64,000 nt of DNA from Myxococcota bacterium (GTDB taxonomy: Bacteria > Myxococcota_A > SURF-8): NCBI GenBank assembly GCA_963674735.2, contig CAXXQS010000003.1, positions 1 to 64,000 of the forward strand, read 5' to 3'. The notes beneath the pieces are model-generated. The model saw only the letters and a list, made by a program, of their open reading frames with translations, was not told where the DNA came from and made no database searches. A program made the position numbers and the translations under genes. Of the stretch, positions 28,087 through 38,620 are shown piece after piece (the stretch's first letter is position 1; every line of letters begins with the position of its first letter).

Positions 28087-29294
28087 ACGATCTCATTTTT
28101 CTTGATCACGGATCCACTTCGCCTTGCGACCCGCGCGTTGTGGAGGCGATGAACCCGTATTTCACCGAAATATACGGCAATCCGTCCAGTCACTTGCATG
28201 CCCAGGGTAATCAAGCTTCTCAGGCTGTAGATGGTGCTCGATCCGATGTGGCGGCGCTGGTCGGATTGGCAAAAGGGCAGGTGGTTTTCACCTCCGGTGC
28301 TACCGAAGCGAACAACCTGGCTCTTCTCGGTTTGCCTTCGGCTAAGGATCCGGAACGAAAGCATGTACTGGTTTCGCAGATCGAGCATTATTCCGTAGTA
28401 AATACCCTCGACATGTTGAAGGCTCACGGCTATACCGTAGAGGAACTTCCCGTTGACAAAAATGGAGTGGTGACACCCGAAATACTCAAATCCAGACTGC
28501 GCAGTGATACTGCCCTTGTATCGGTGATGCACGCCAATGCCGAGGTAGGGACGATTCAACCGATTGCCGAATTGGCCGCTCTGGTGCGCGAGACTGGAGC
28601 CTTTTTCCATACCGACGCCACCGCTTCGGCCGGGCTTCTTCCCTTGCGCATGAGTGAGTGGGGGATCGATGCCGTCACGCTTTCGGCCCACAACTTCTAT
28701 GGACCCAAAGGAGTCGGCGCGCTGGTGTTAGCCGAGGGTGTGCGCCCCAAACCGCGCAGTTATGGCGGTTGGCAGGAGTTTGGCTTGCGTTGCGGCACCG
28801 AAAACGTTCCCGGCATCGTCGGAATGGCGGCGGCTGCTCGTCTCGCACTCGCAGAAAAGGCCGAGTGGGCCGAGCGCCAAGCTCTTCTCGGGCGTAAACT
28901 GTGGAAAGGACTTGAAGAAAAAATTTCGTTCATCCATTTTACGGGACATCCGACCGATCGACTGCCGGGGCATGTCAGTTTCTGGGTCGAGCACGTTGAG
29001 GGCGAATCGCTGATTCTTTTCCTTAACAGCAAAAATATCATGGCCGCATCCGGGTCTGCTTGCGGATCCAACTTGAAAGCGGCTGATGAAGATGAACTGG
29101 TGGCGTCGCACGTTCTCGATGCGGTGGGCGTTCCATCCGATATCTGCGCCGGGTCGGTGACGTTTTTCATTGGAAAAGACACCACCGAGGCCCATATCGA
29201 CTTTGTTTTACAGGAGTTTTCACCCATCGTGGAGCGTCTTTTACAGATGTCGCCCACCTATCACGATTACCTGAAAAGCCAAAAAAACGGCTGA
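28083..29294 (+). CDS. iscS: IscS/NifS-like cysteine desulfurase homologue with the PLP lysine replaced by Asn
   Basis: YGNPSS, FTSGATEANN, EH.SV, HANAEVGTIQP, GTENVPG, SGSAC; has SAHNFYGPKG where S(A/G)HK is expected. Confidence 0.9.
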   Translation: MNDLIFLDHGSTSPCDPRVVEAMNPYFTEIYGNPSSHLHAQGNQASQAVDGARSDVAALVGLAKGQVVFTSGATEANNLALLGLPSAKDPERKHVLVSQIEHYSVVNTLDMLKAHGYTVEELPVDKNGVVTPEILKSRLRSDTALVSVMHANAEVGTIQPIAELAALVRETGAFFHTDATASAGLLPLRMSEWGIDAVTLSAHNFYGPKGVGALVLAEGVRPKPRSYGGWQEFGLRCGTENVPGIVGMAAAARLALAEKAEWAERQALLGRKLWKGLEEKISFIHFTGHPTDRLPGHVSFWVEHVEGESLILFLNSKNIMAASGSACGSNLKAADEDELVASHVLDAVGVPSDICAGSVTFFIGKDTTEAHIDFVLQEFSPIVERLLQMSPTYHDYLKSQKNG

Positions 29295-29313
29295 ATGTAG
29301 AAGGAGATCCGAC

Positions 29314-29703
29314 ATGAGCAACGCTGGCCCCTACAATCCCAAGGTGATGGACCATTTCATGAATCCGCGCAACATGGGCGAACTGGAAAGCCCCGACGGC
29401 GTGGGCGAAGTGGGCAATCCTTCCTGTGGCGATATGATGCGACTGTTCCTCAAAATCGAAGACGATACGGTAAAAGACGTGCGTTTTCAGACTTTTGGCT
29501 GCGGTGCCGCCATTGCCAGCTCGAGTATGCTGACCGAAATCATCAAGGGTTTGAGCGTGGAAGAGGCCAAAAAAGTAACCAACCAGAGGATCGCCGATGC
29601 GTTGGATGGTTTGCCTCCCGCCAAAATTCACTGCTCGGTTATGGCTGAAGAGGCCATCCAAAAGGCTTTAGAGGATTACGAAAATCGCAAAAAGTCAGCC
29701 TAG
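29314..29703 (+). CDS. iscU: Fe-S cluster scaffold IscU (NifU N-terminal type)
   Basis: DHFMNPRN.G, GNPSCGD, FQTFGCGAAIASSS, LPPAKIHCS. Confidence 0.95.
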   Translation: MSNAGPYNPKVMDHFMNPRNMGELESPDGVGEVGNPSCGDMMRLFLKIEDDTVKDVRFQTFGCGAAIASSSMLTEIIKGLSVEEAKKVTNQRIADALDGLPPAKIHCSVMAEEAIQKALEDYENRKKSA

Positions 29704-29775
29704 GATTGCCGATTCGCCGAAAAAGGCACTTTTACGCCGAAAATCCTTGATCTGATAGTCAGTTGTGCTAACCTC

Positions 29776-29893
29776 GTTCCCCAAACCGTGGCGGTAGGTA
29801 ATGCCCCACGGTGGGAACCGGGTTGTGGCCCCCTGGACGGTCACATCAGATGGCGAAAACCATGGTTCGACTCTGGCCGGAAACGGCTGAAGA
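29776..29893 (+). other. candidate structured leader RNA upstream of korA
   Basis: Four consecutive hairpins including a GAAA tetraloop; weak promoter TTGATC-16-TAACCT just upstream. Confidence 0.35.
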
Positions 29894-29962
29894 CTGTATG
29901 CTTTCCAATTGCGGCGACACAAGTCGGCGTCCTTCCTGTTCTCAAATCCGGTGGAAACATTT

Positions 29963-31696
29963 ATGACGGATCTTACGCTTCGTATCGGCGGCGAAGGTGG
30001 TGAGGGTGTGATCAGCGCGGGAGAAATCCTGGCGCGCTCATCCGCACGTTCGGGCTATGAAATTTTCACATTTCGGACCTATCCGGCTGAAATCCGGGGC
30101 GGTTTGGCCATGTTCCAGTTGCGTGTGGACAAGCAGCCGGTTTGGTCGGCGGGGGATAAACTCGATGTCTTCATGGCCTTCAATCAGGAGGCGCTCGATA
30201 ACTATACGCAGTCGGTCAAGGATGGTGGGGTCATCCTGTACGACCCTGATCAATGCCCCAAGCCTCCCGTGGTTGAGGGGGTGCAGGTCTGTGCCGTCCC
30301 GTTAAACGAGATTAGCAAAGAGGCGACGGATTCCATTCGTGGAAAGAACGTGACGGCGGTTGGTGTCATTTCCTATCTGTTGGGTATTCCGCTCGATGTG
30401 GCGGCTTTGACGGTGAAACACCAGTTCACCAAAAAAGGCCCGAAAGTGGTGGGAAATAACACCTTGGCCTTGGTGGCGGGATTCCAATTCGCTTCAGAAA
30501 AACTGCAGCTCAAGCCTTTTCGAAAAGCGCCGGGCGCCGAAGAAGGCAATGGTGGGAAAAAGCTGATTATGTCGGGTAACCAAGCCGTCGCCATCGGTGC
30601 GCTGGCTGCCGGGATCCGTTTCTGTGCCGGTTATCCCATCACGCCTGCTACCCCGATTTTCGAATTTTTGGCCAACGAATTGCCGCGTTTCGGCGGACAT
30701 CTGATCCAATGCGAAGACGAAATTTCGGCGATCGGCGCCTGTTTGGGTGCCTCTTATGCCGGACGCAAAGCGATTACCCCGACTTCCGGCCCCGGTTTAG
30801 CCCTGATGGGAGAGTTCATCAGTCTCGCTTCCATGACGGAATTACCGCTGGTTATTGTCGATGTCCAGCGCTCGGGCCCGTCAACAGGCATGCCGACCAA
30901 AACGGAACAAAGCGATTTGAACTTCGCCGTTTATGGCGCTCCGGGCGATGCCCCCCGGGTGGTGATCGCTCCTTCGTCGGTCAAGGATTGCTTCGAGTTA
31001 TCCGTGCTGGCCAGCAACATAGCCGAGCGCTACCAGACACCGGTGATTATGTTGTCCGATGCGTCTCTGGCCTATCGGACGGAAACTGTCGATCGTTTCG
31101 ATCTCGATAAGCTTGACATCTGGGAGCGAACGGCTTGGCAAGACAACGGAGCGCCCAGCTATCAACGATATGCCATGACCGACAGCGGTGTGTCGCCGAT
31201 GGCCACCCCCGGCACCGAACATGGGTGGCACCAGACGACCGGTTTGGAACATGACGAATACGGTCATCCCAACTACAGTCCGGCCTATCACCAGAAAATG
31301 GCGAAAAAGCGTTATTCGAAGCACGAGCGCATTGCGTGCGATCTTGGGTCGCTTTGTTACGATTCAATCGAGCAGAAAGACGCACGTATCGGTATAATCG
31401 GCTGGGGATCGACGAAGGGGACCGTTCGCGAAGCCATCGCGATGGCCAACCGCGATGGAATTGCCGTTTCTTCTTTCCATCCCTATTTGCTCAGTCCACT
31501 TCCGAAGGACGCGTTGTCCGATTTTATCGATGGCTGTGAAAAATTGTTGGTTGTGGAAGAAAACTTCTCGGGTCAATTTGCGGGTATTTTGCGTTCGGAA
31601 TTGATCATCAAAACGGAATTGTCCCTCAAATGCCAGGGTATTCCGTTCACACCGCTTGAAATCTATGAAGCAATACTCGAGGTGGTGCAGTCATGA
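29963..31696 (+). CDS. korA: 2-oxoacid:ferredoxin oxidoreductase alpha subunit (gamma-alpha fusion)
   Basis: IGGEGGEGVIS, YPAEIRGG, GYPITPAT, EDEISA, TSGPG, QRSGPSTGMPTKTEQSD. Confidence 0.93.
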   Translation: MTDLTLRIGGEGGEGVISAGEILARSSARSGYEIFTFRTYPAEIRGGLAMFQLRVDKQPVWSAGDKLDVFMAFNQEALDNYTQSVKDGGVILYDPDQCPKPPVVEGVQVCAVPLNEISKEATDSIRGKNVTAVGVISYLLGIPLDVAALTVKHQFTKKGPKVVGNNTLALVAGFQFASEKLQLKPFRKAPGAEEGNGGKKLIMSGNQAVAIGALAAGIRFCAGYPITPATPIFEFLANELPRFGGHLIQCEDEISAIGACLGASYAGRKAITPTSGPGLALMGEFISLASMTELPLVIVDVQRSGPSTGMPTKTEQSDLNFAVYGAPGDAPRVVIAPSSVKDCFELSVLASNIAERYQTPVIMLSDASLAYRTETVDRFDLDKLDIWERTAWQDNGAPSYQRYAMTDSGVSPMATPGTEHGWHQTTGLEHDEYGHPNYSPAYHQKMAKKRYSKHERIACDLGSLCYDSIEQKDARIGIIGWGSTKGTVREAIAMANRDGIAVSSFHPYLLSPLPKDALSDFIDGCEKLLVVEENFSGQFAGILRSELIIKTELSLKCQGIPFTPLEIYEAILEVVQS

Positions 31697-32691
31697 CAGC
31701 AAAACGTGTGACCAAAACATCGAAACCGGCGAAGCAGGTAAAGAGTGCGAGTAAGGCGGTTTCAGCCGATGCTTCATCCAACGATAAGATCGAGACGGCT
31801 GTCGTTGCTGAAACGGATGATGACGATACTCCGGCCGACGGGGCTGTCTCTCGCAGTATTAAAGACTATAAAAGCGGCGTAAAACCGATCTGGTGTCCGG
31901 GTTGTGGTCATTACGGCTCGTTGGCGGCCTTTTATAAGGGCTTGGCCTTGAACAATCTCGACCCGAAAAATCTGGTTATCGTATCGGGGATTGGCTGCTC
32001 GGGCCGTTTCTCGCACTTCGTAAAGGGATATGGCTTCCATGTTTTACATGGGCGTGTGCTTCCCGTTTGTCAGGGTATTGCCGCCTCAACGCAAGGATTG
32101 CTCGTTTGCGGTATCTCAGGCGATGGCGATGCGTTGGCGATCGGTGGCGGTCATTTACCCCATGCCGCGCGGCGAAATCCGAATATGGTGTACATGATTC
32201 TGGACAACTCGATTTACGGTCTGACGAAAGGCCAATTCTCGCCTACGACCTTCCAGGGAGCCAAAACCGTGACGTCGCCCTATGGGGTCACGGAAGCTCG
32301 TCTCGATCCTCTCAGCCTGCTTCTCGGGTATAACGTTTCATTTGTGGCGCGCGGATTTTCAGCCGATAACAAGATGCTGCGTGAAATCATGTCGGCAGCC
32401 ATCCAGCACCGTGGATTTTCCGTCGTGCATGTCTTGTCGCCTTGTGTGTCCTTCAATAAGGAAGTTACCTACGATTATCTTTCCGAACGGGTGACGGCTT
32501 TACCGGAGGATTTCGATTCCACCAACAAGGTTTCGGCTTTTCGCTATGCACAGGACCCCGAAAAGATTTATGCCGGAATCTTTTACCAGGAAGAACGTCC
32601 GACACTGCAGGACTATCATTCCCAGGCCATTGAAAGCGCCTGCCGCGATTCCCAAGCGGGTGATTTGGAAGCCGTGCTCAATCGCTACTGA
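31693..32691 (+). CDS. korB: 2-oxoacid:ferredoxin oxidoreductase beta subunit
   Basis: WCPGCG, SGIGCSG, LHGR, TPP motif GDGD...DNSIYGLTKGQ, SPCVSFN; ATGA overlap with korA. Confidence 0.93.
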   Translation: MTAKRVTKTSKPAKQVKSASKAVSADASSNDKIETAVVAETDDDDTPADGAVSRSIKDYKSGVKPIWCPGCGHYGSLAAFYKGLALNNLDPKNLVIVSGIGCSGRFSHFVKGYGFHVLHGRVLPVCQGIAASTQGLLVCGISGDGDALAIGGGHLPHAARRNPNMVYMILDNSIYGLTKGQFSPTTFQGAKTVTSPYGVTEARLDPLSLLLGYNVSFVARGFSADNKMLREIMSAAIQHRGFSVVHVLSPCVSFNKEVTYDYLSERVTALPEDFDSTNKVSAFRYAQDPEKIYAGIFYQEERPTLQDYHSQAIESACRDSQAGDLEAVLNRY

Positions 32692-32738
32692 CATCCTGAA
32701 TCACAACTGGAAAAATGACCGGTGAAGGGGTGCCGGAG

Positions 32739-33266
32739 CTAATGCAGCATGTAGGCATCGTCACGAGAGGTGGCAAGTGCTCGATTGTGGAGATGTTGTA
32801 AAATCCACAAAAAAACCGGGGATACCAGGGCCGTCGCTGCTGCGATGACCAGGATGCGTGTTCCATAGCCCGGCGCATCCAAGACGGTTTGGTGATGAAT
32901 CAATTGAGTTAGAAGAACGTAAAAATGTTGAATCCCCAGGACCGTTGCAAAACAGTAAAGGGCGGCGAAGACCGGGTGCGTGAGGTTGATCAGGCGCATC
33001 AGAAAACGCGTGCTCCCGGTTAGGATGAGTGCCAGCAAGATATACAAAAAAGTTGCGCCGAAGGTAAAAGCCGAAAACAGGCAAGCCAGGAGAATCGCCA
33101 GTAGCGACGCAAAGGGTCCGCGCCAGGTCCGTGCCGCGAAAAAAACCCAGATCACCATGAAATCCGGTCGCCAAAGCTCGATATCCATTAGTTGGTAGAG
33201 ATTTCCAGCCAATGTGAAGGTGAGAAAAGCCGTGGCGAACAAGACGAGAACGCTCATCGCCGCCAC
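32739..33266 (-). CDS. mreD: rod shape-determining protein MreD-like membrane protein
   Basis: About five TM helices, RPDF motif, position directly after mreC. Confidence 0.7.
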   Translation of the reverse strand: MAAMSVLVLFATAFLTFTLAGNLYQLMDIELWRPDFMVIWVFFAARTWRGPFASLLAILLACLFSAFTFGATFLYILLALILTGSTRFLMRLINLTHPVFAALYCFATVLGIQHFYVLLTQLIHHQTVLDAPGYGTRILVIAAATALVSPVFLWILQHLHNRALATSRDDAYMLH

Positions 33267-34078
33267 CCGCCACCTGTGACTAATAGAACTTCGTTGAGAC
33301 GGCTGAAGTCCACAGCCGGTTCGATTTTGGCTTCCTGGAAAATCCCGAAATCGTTGCGACTCACTTCAACCACGCGACCTAACAAAAGGCCGGCCGGGAA
33401 TTGCTGATCGAGTCCTGATGTGATGATTTCGTCTCCCGCCCGCACATCCTCCGTTCTTAAAGAGAAGGCGAACTGGCAGATCAGTTGGTCACGTTCGGAT
33501 ACGCCCTGAATGATGCCGCGAGCTCCGGTGCGTCGCACCAACCCATCGATGGAACTGTTGGAGTCGATCATGAGCAAGACTCGTGCACTGCGGTCGTGCA
33601 ACTCGATGACGCGACCCACGACGCCCGCTTCCGTCACGACGGCCGGATTCCCGCTGAGTCCATCCGCACGTCCGGTGTTGATGGTGATGCTGCGGAATTG
33701 GCTTAGGATGTTGGTGGCAATGACACGGGCGGGGCTGTATTGCAGCGGGACCCGTCGAGTAAAGCCAAGTAGGCGGCGCAACCGTGCATTCTCTTGTTCG
33801 ATAAGGCTCTGATCGGCAATCTGGCGACTCAAACGACGGTTGATGTCCCGCAGATCTTCGGCTTCTCTTTCGGTGTTCCACAGGGCGATATAACCATTCC
33901 ATAGGCTCGCCACGCCGTCAACGACCGCTACCACGGCTTCCTGGATCGGTCCGGCGATACCAACGACGACACGTCGCGAACCGCTGATTTTATCAGGTGG
34001 ATCGTAGAGAGCCTTCCCGGCGATCAGAATCAGAGCCAGTGCCAGGATGATCACGAAATGACGGCGGAGGAATCCCAT
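33254..34078 (-). CDS. mreC: rod shape-determining protein MreC
   Basis: TM, coiled coil EQENARLRRLL, IN.G..DG, GVVGRV, GDEIITSGL..FP.GL.LG.V, PAVDF. Confidence 0.95.
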   Translation of the reverse strand: MGFLRRHFVIILALALILIAGKALYDPPDKISGSRRVVVGIAGPIQEAVVAVVDGVASLWNGYIALWNTEREAEDLRDINRRLSRQIADQSLIEQENARLRRLLGFTRRVPLQYSPARVIATNILSQFRSITINTGRADGLSGNPAVVTEAGVVGRVIELHDRSARVLLMIDSNSSIDGLVRRTGARGIIQGVSERDQLICQFAFSLRTEDVRAGDEIITSGLDQQFPAGLLLGRVVEVSRNDFGIFQEAKIEPAVDFSRLNEVLLVTGGGWRR

Positions 34079-34093
34079 GCGGAAACGGTCCGT

Positions 34094-35170
<1,077 letters not shown>

Positions 35171-35280
35171 TTACCCATCGTGTCCCTTGTTTACCAGATT
35201 CATCGATTGGCCGCAAGCGGCTTTTGCGCTTGGATTGTAGATACTTGGAGGTTGTTGTTCTCGTTTTGGCGAATTAGGCC

Positions 35281-36456
35281 TTATTTTCTTTTCGTGCCGG
35301 ACCGCTCAAGCCATGGGAAAATCCGTTTGCGGGCTGCACGCAGCTGGCTACGTTTGTATTCGGCATGGCTGGCGCGACCGCGGCGGCTTTCGATATAGGA
35401 GCTTTTATCCAGGATTTGCAGCTCGTAGGGGAAGAAGAAACGATATTCCACAAGTCCATCTTTCACATCAGGACTGAAGGAACTGATGGGAGGACCTTGT
35501 ACCCGGATAAGCTGGCGGCAGGTCATCTGCAAAGACGTGTATTCGGTACTGGAATAGACATTTCGTTCGCGAAGTTCGGCTTTATCGATTTGTGGGTGGA
35601 ACTCATTGGATTCTGCCAAGTTAATGGCCAATTGACGGACATCTTCGGCACTCATAAGCCCCTGTTTATGCTGTTCAAGGAGTTTGTTGAGGGCTTGATG
35701 GTAGCGTGGGATGTCGATCAAAGTGTTGCGGGTGCGTGATGTTTTGATGTTCGGGAAAGCGAAAATGTGTTTGCGGAGATATTTTAGTGCCTGTAACGCT
35801 TCGAATTTACTGAAGGTTACGAAGCGAAAGCCGATGCGGTCGAAGATGTCGGCACCCACATTGTCCGACTTGTGCAAGAGCTTGAGAAGCAGACTGTCGA
35901 AACTTTTTTGTGTTTTAATATCCAACATATACAGCCGGATTCCGTTTTCATCGGTTCCGAGGTAGACATCTCCGGCCGGATCGGTATGGACAAAGTCCAA
36001 CACGCGATCGAGAATGATTTTCTGAATCGACGGAAAAAAGTTCGTCGATAAATCATTGCTGATGTGGGTTAGGGTATGCATGATGCGCAGAATGGCGCAG
36101 GCCCATCGACCATGTCCGTTTTCGTTCGTCGAGGCCATCACCATGAGACGCGTGACGTCACGTTCAAAACGGATATACTCTGGAATTTCCATGCGTTCCG
36201 ACGGATTATCCGGATCTTGGAGGAGCCGTTTTTCGATGAAATGGACGGCATCGAAGCGAAGTTTTTCAAGGGCGCGGTGTTGGTCCGATATTTCTGGGTC
36301 GAAGCCGTAGTTTACGAGAAGGTTTCGGGCTGATTCCTGATCCGTGGTATTCAGTTTCGGTAGATCGACCGCATTGAGACCCCCCAGAACGATGTTGAGG
36401 GTTTCTTCATCGGCGTACAAGTCCTCGAAATTGTACATCTCGTCATGCGTTATCAC
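35281..36456 (-). CDS. TIGR04552/TIGR04562-like protein with RelA/SpoT-type nucleotidyltransferase motifs
   Basis: K..DSL..KL..K, DIFDRIGFRFVT, Y.SL(Q), FFFPYELQI.D, SH..YK; GTG start with AGGGAG SD. Confidence 0.7.
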   Translation of the reverse strand: MITHDEMYNFEDLYADEETLNIVLGGLNAVDLPKLNTTDQESARNLLVNYGFDPEISDQHRALEKLRFDAVHFIEKRLLQDPDNPSERMEIPEYIRFERDVTRLMVMASTNENGHGRWACAILRIMHTLTHISNDLSTNFFPSIQKIILDRVLDFVHTDPAGDVYLGTDENGIRLYMLDIKTQKSFDSLLLKLLHKSDNVGADIFDRIGFRFVTFSKFEALQALKYLRKHIFAFPNIKTSRTRNTLIDIPRYHQALNKLLEQHKQGLMSAEDVRQLAINLAESNEFHPQIDKAELRERNVYSSTEYTSLQMTCRQLIRVQGPPISSFSPDVKDGLVEYRFFFPYELQILDKSSYIESRRGRASHAEYKRSQLRAARKRIFPWLERSGTKRK

Positions 36457-36600
36457 AATCTCAACTCCCTTGGTGGCGGAGTATTGTCATACGAAACATC
36501 ATTTGGCAAGTGTTTTTTTGCCCGTTTTACCTCGATGAAAAGATCCGTATCATTATCCGTGAACTTGCCCCAACGATCTGTTTTCTGGTAGCTTGGAAAC

Positions 36601-37392
36601 ATGAATGACACGACAATCTCAAACCCGATTACCCCGCAAACAATTCAATTGTCGGCGGTGGTGATTTGTCAGAATGAGGCGGCGCGACTTGCGGCCTGCC
36701 TGGAATCGCTGGCCTTTTGCGATGAAATCGTTGTTGTGGACGGCGGCAGCCGAGATGAAACCGTCGCCATCGCACGGCGGTTTACAGATCGCGTATTTGA
36801 GCGACCTTATCGCGGTACAAACGACCAGAAAGAGCATGCACGGCGGCTGGCGACCGGTGTTTGGGTTTTGAACCTCGACGCCGATGAAACAGTCCCACCC
36901 GCATTGGCAGACGAAATTCGTGTCGCTATCCGCTTGAACCGTTCAACAGGCTATCGCATTCCGGTAAAAACCTACCTGGGTGGACATTGGCTGCGCCATA
37001 ACGGCTATTTTCCCAATCTTCAACGCCGGTTGTTTATACGGGAGCGGGCTGTTTGGGATCGAAGCCGAGAACCGCATGACCGAGTTTGCCTGGAAGGCCG
37101 CTGGGGAAAGTTGACGACCCCAATCGAACATGCGACCGCCGACTCTTTCGGCGAATTGGAAGCGAAAGCATGCCGTTACGGAGCACAAGCGGCCGAACGC
37201 ATGGCGGAGACCGGGCGAAAGGTGAGCACCTTGGATGCGTGGTTTCGACCTCGCTGGCGTTTCGTACGCAGTTATTTGTTTAAAGGCGGGTTTCTCGATC
37301 GTGAATTCGGATGGAAATTAGCCCGTTTACAGATGTTGGAGGGAAAAATTAAATATTCGCGGGATTCCCTGAAATCGCCGCAACGAACTTGA
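36601..37392 (+). CDS. GT2 glycosyltransferase, KdtX/WaaE-like (LPS core)
   Basis: NEA..L..CLESL.FCDEIVVVDGGS.D.T, WVLNLDADE, F.RSY..KGGFLD. Confidence 0.9.
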   Translation: MNDTTISNPITPQTIQLSAVVICQNEAARLAACLESLAFCDEIVVVDGGSRDETVAIARRFTDRVFERPYRGTNDQKEHARRLATGVWVLNLDADETVPPALADEIRVAIRLNRSTGYRIPVKTYLGGHWLRHNGYFPNLQRRLFIRERAVWDRSREPHDRVCLEGRWGKLTTPIEHATADSFGELEAKACRYGAQAAERMAETGRKVSTLDAWFRPRWRFVRSYLFKGGFLDREFGWKLARLQMLEGKIKYSRDSLKSPQRT

Positions 37393-37477
37393 TCGTTTGC
37401 CTCGAAATATGATAGTTTCCAAAGGGTTGAGAGTTCCTCGAAAAGCAAACGCAAATGCAGGGATAAAAGGACCAAGG

Positions 37478-38608
37478 ATGAAAACGCGTGATCCGTTTTA
37501 TGGGAGCAGACCGTACAACCTGCTGATATTACGTATGAGCGCTTTGGGGGATATCATACACACCCTGCCTGCCGTGCAGGCGTTGTACGAACGCTACCCA
37601 AAAACCAAGTTGGTTTGGACGGTGGATGAACCCTACAAAGACCTGCTGAAAGATCTTCCGATGCTGAGCGGGATTGAATCTTTCGATCGCTCGAAAGTCA
37701 CCCGCAAACTGAGAACGCTGGAAGGTTTCTGGTATGCGGTTGGAACGATCTGGGCTTTTATCAAGCGTCTACGTTTCATCAACTTCACCGGGTCGATCAC
37801 TTTTCAACCGCTGATACGCGCTTCGATTCTAGCCTGGCTTTCAGGCGCGCGCGTTCGCCTCGGTTTTCGGCGTTGGGCTGAAGGCGGCTGGTTTTGCCAG
37901 ACGAATCGGGTGCGAGTGAAGAAAAACCGACATGCCATTATTCAAAATCTTGAATTGTTGAGACCTTTGGGGGTCGATCCCGTTCCCAAACGTGTTCCCA
38001 TTGCGATTACGGATGTTGAACGTCAAGCGGTGGAGGTGTTTCTTCGACAAGAGGGGATCAACGCCGAGCGCTTGGCGATCCTGTCCCCCGGTTCGTCGAA
38101 AGCGGTCAAGCAGTGGACGATCGAGGGTTATGCCGGGCTAGCGGATGGTTTGGTAAATGACATGGACTTCACGCCGTTGATTGTCTGGGGCCCGGGGGAG
38201 GAACCGCTGGCGCGACGGATTATGGATGCGATGGAAGAACCCGCCGTCTTGGCTCCTGCCTTGAAATTGCGCGAGTTGGCGGCGTTGTGTGAGAAAGCTC
38301 GGCTGTTTATCGCCCCCGATTCAGGACCGCTTCATCTCGCGGCTGCTATGGGAACTCCCGTTGTGGGCATTTTCGGACCCACCGACCCGCAGATCACCGG
38401 CCCATTTTGGGAACCCAACCGGGTGGTGCGTTTCAATGCCGATTGCTCACGCAAATGTCACCGGCGGCGGAACAATCCCGATGCGCGTTGTCAATGCCTG
38501 CAGGAACTGAACGTCCGTGAAGTTTTAACGGCTTGTCAGTCTCTGGAACGCCAAATAGCCACTGAACGTTGGCCGGCCCCATCGGCTACTCATGCGGATG
38601 TTGAATGA
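37478..38608 (+). CDS. GT9 LPS heptosyltransferase (WaaC/WaaF-like)
   Basis: RMSALGDIIHTLP, PGSS...KQW, WGPGE, DSGPLHLAAA.GTP.VGIFGPT. Confidence 0.92.
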   Translation: MKTRDPFYGSRPYNLLILRMSALGDIIHTLPAVQALYERYPKTKLVWTVDEPYKDLLKDLPMLSGIESFDRSKVTRKLRTLEGFWYAVGTIWAFIKRLRFINFTGSITFQPLIRASILAWLSGARVRLGFRRWAEGGWFCQTNRVRVKKNRHAIIQNLELLRPLGVDPVPKRVPIAITDVERQAVEVFLRQEGINAERLAILSPGSSKAVKQWTIEGYAGLADGLVNDMDFTPLIVWGPGEEPLARRIMDAMEEPAVLAPALKLRELAALCEKARLFIAPDSGPLHLAAAMGTPVVGIFGPTDPQITGPFWEPNRVVRFNADCSRKCHRRRNNPDARCQCLQELNVREVLTACQSLERQIATERWPAPSATHADVE

Positions 38609-38620
38609 AAGGACTGAAAT

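Noticed and set aside
29855-29890. GGTTCGACTC suggesting a tRNA or tRNA-Sec T-arm
   Set aside because: No acceptor stem, anticodon arm or CCA end can be built around it; kept only as part of the candidate leader
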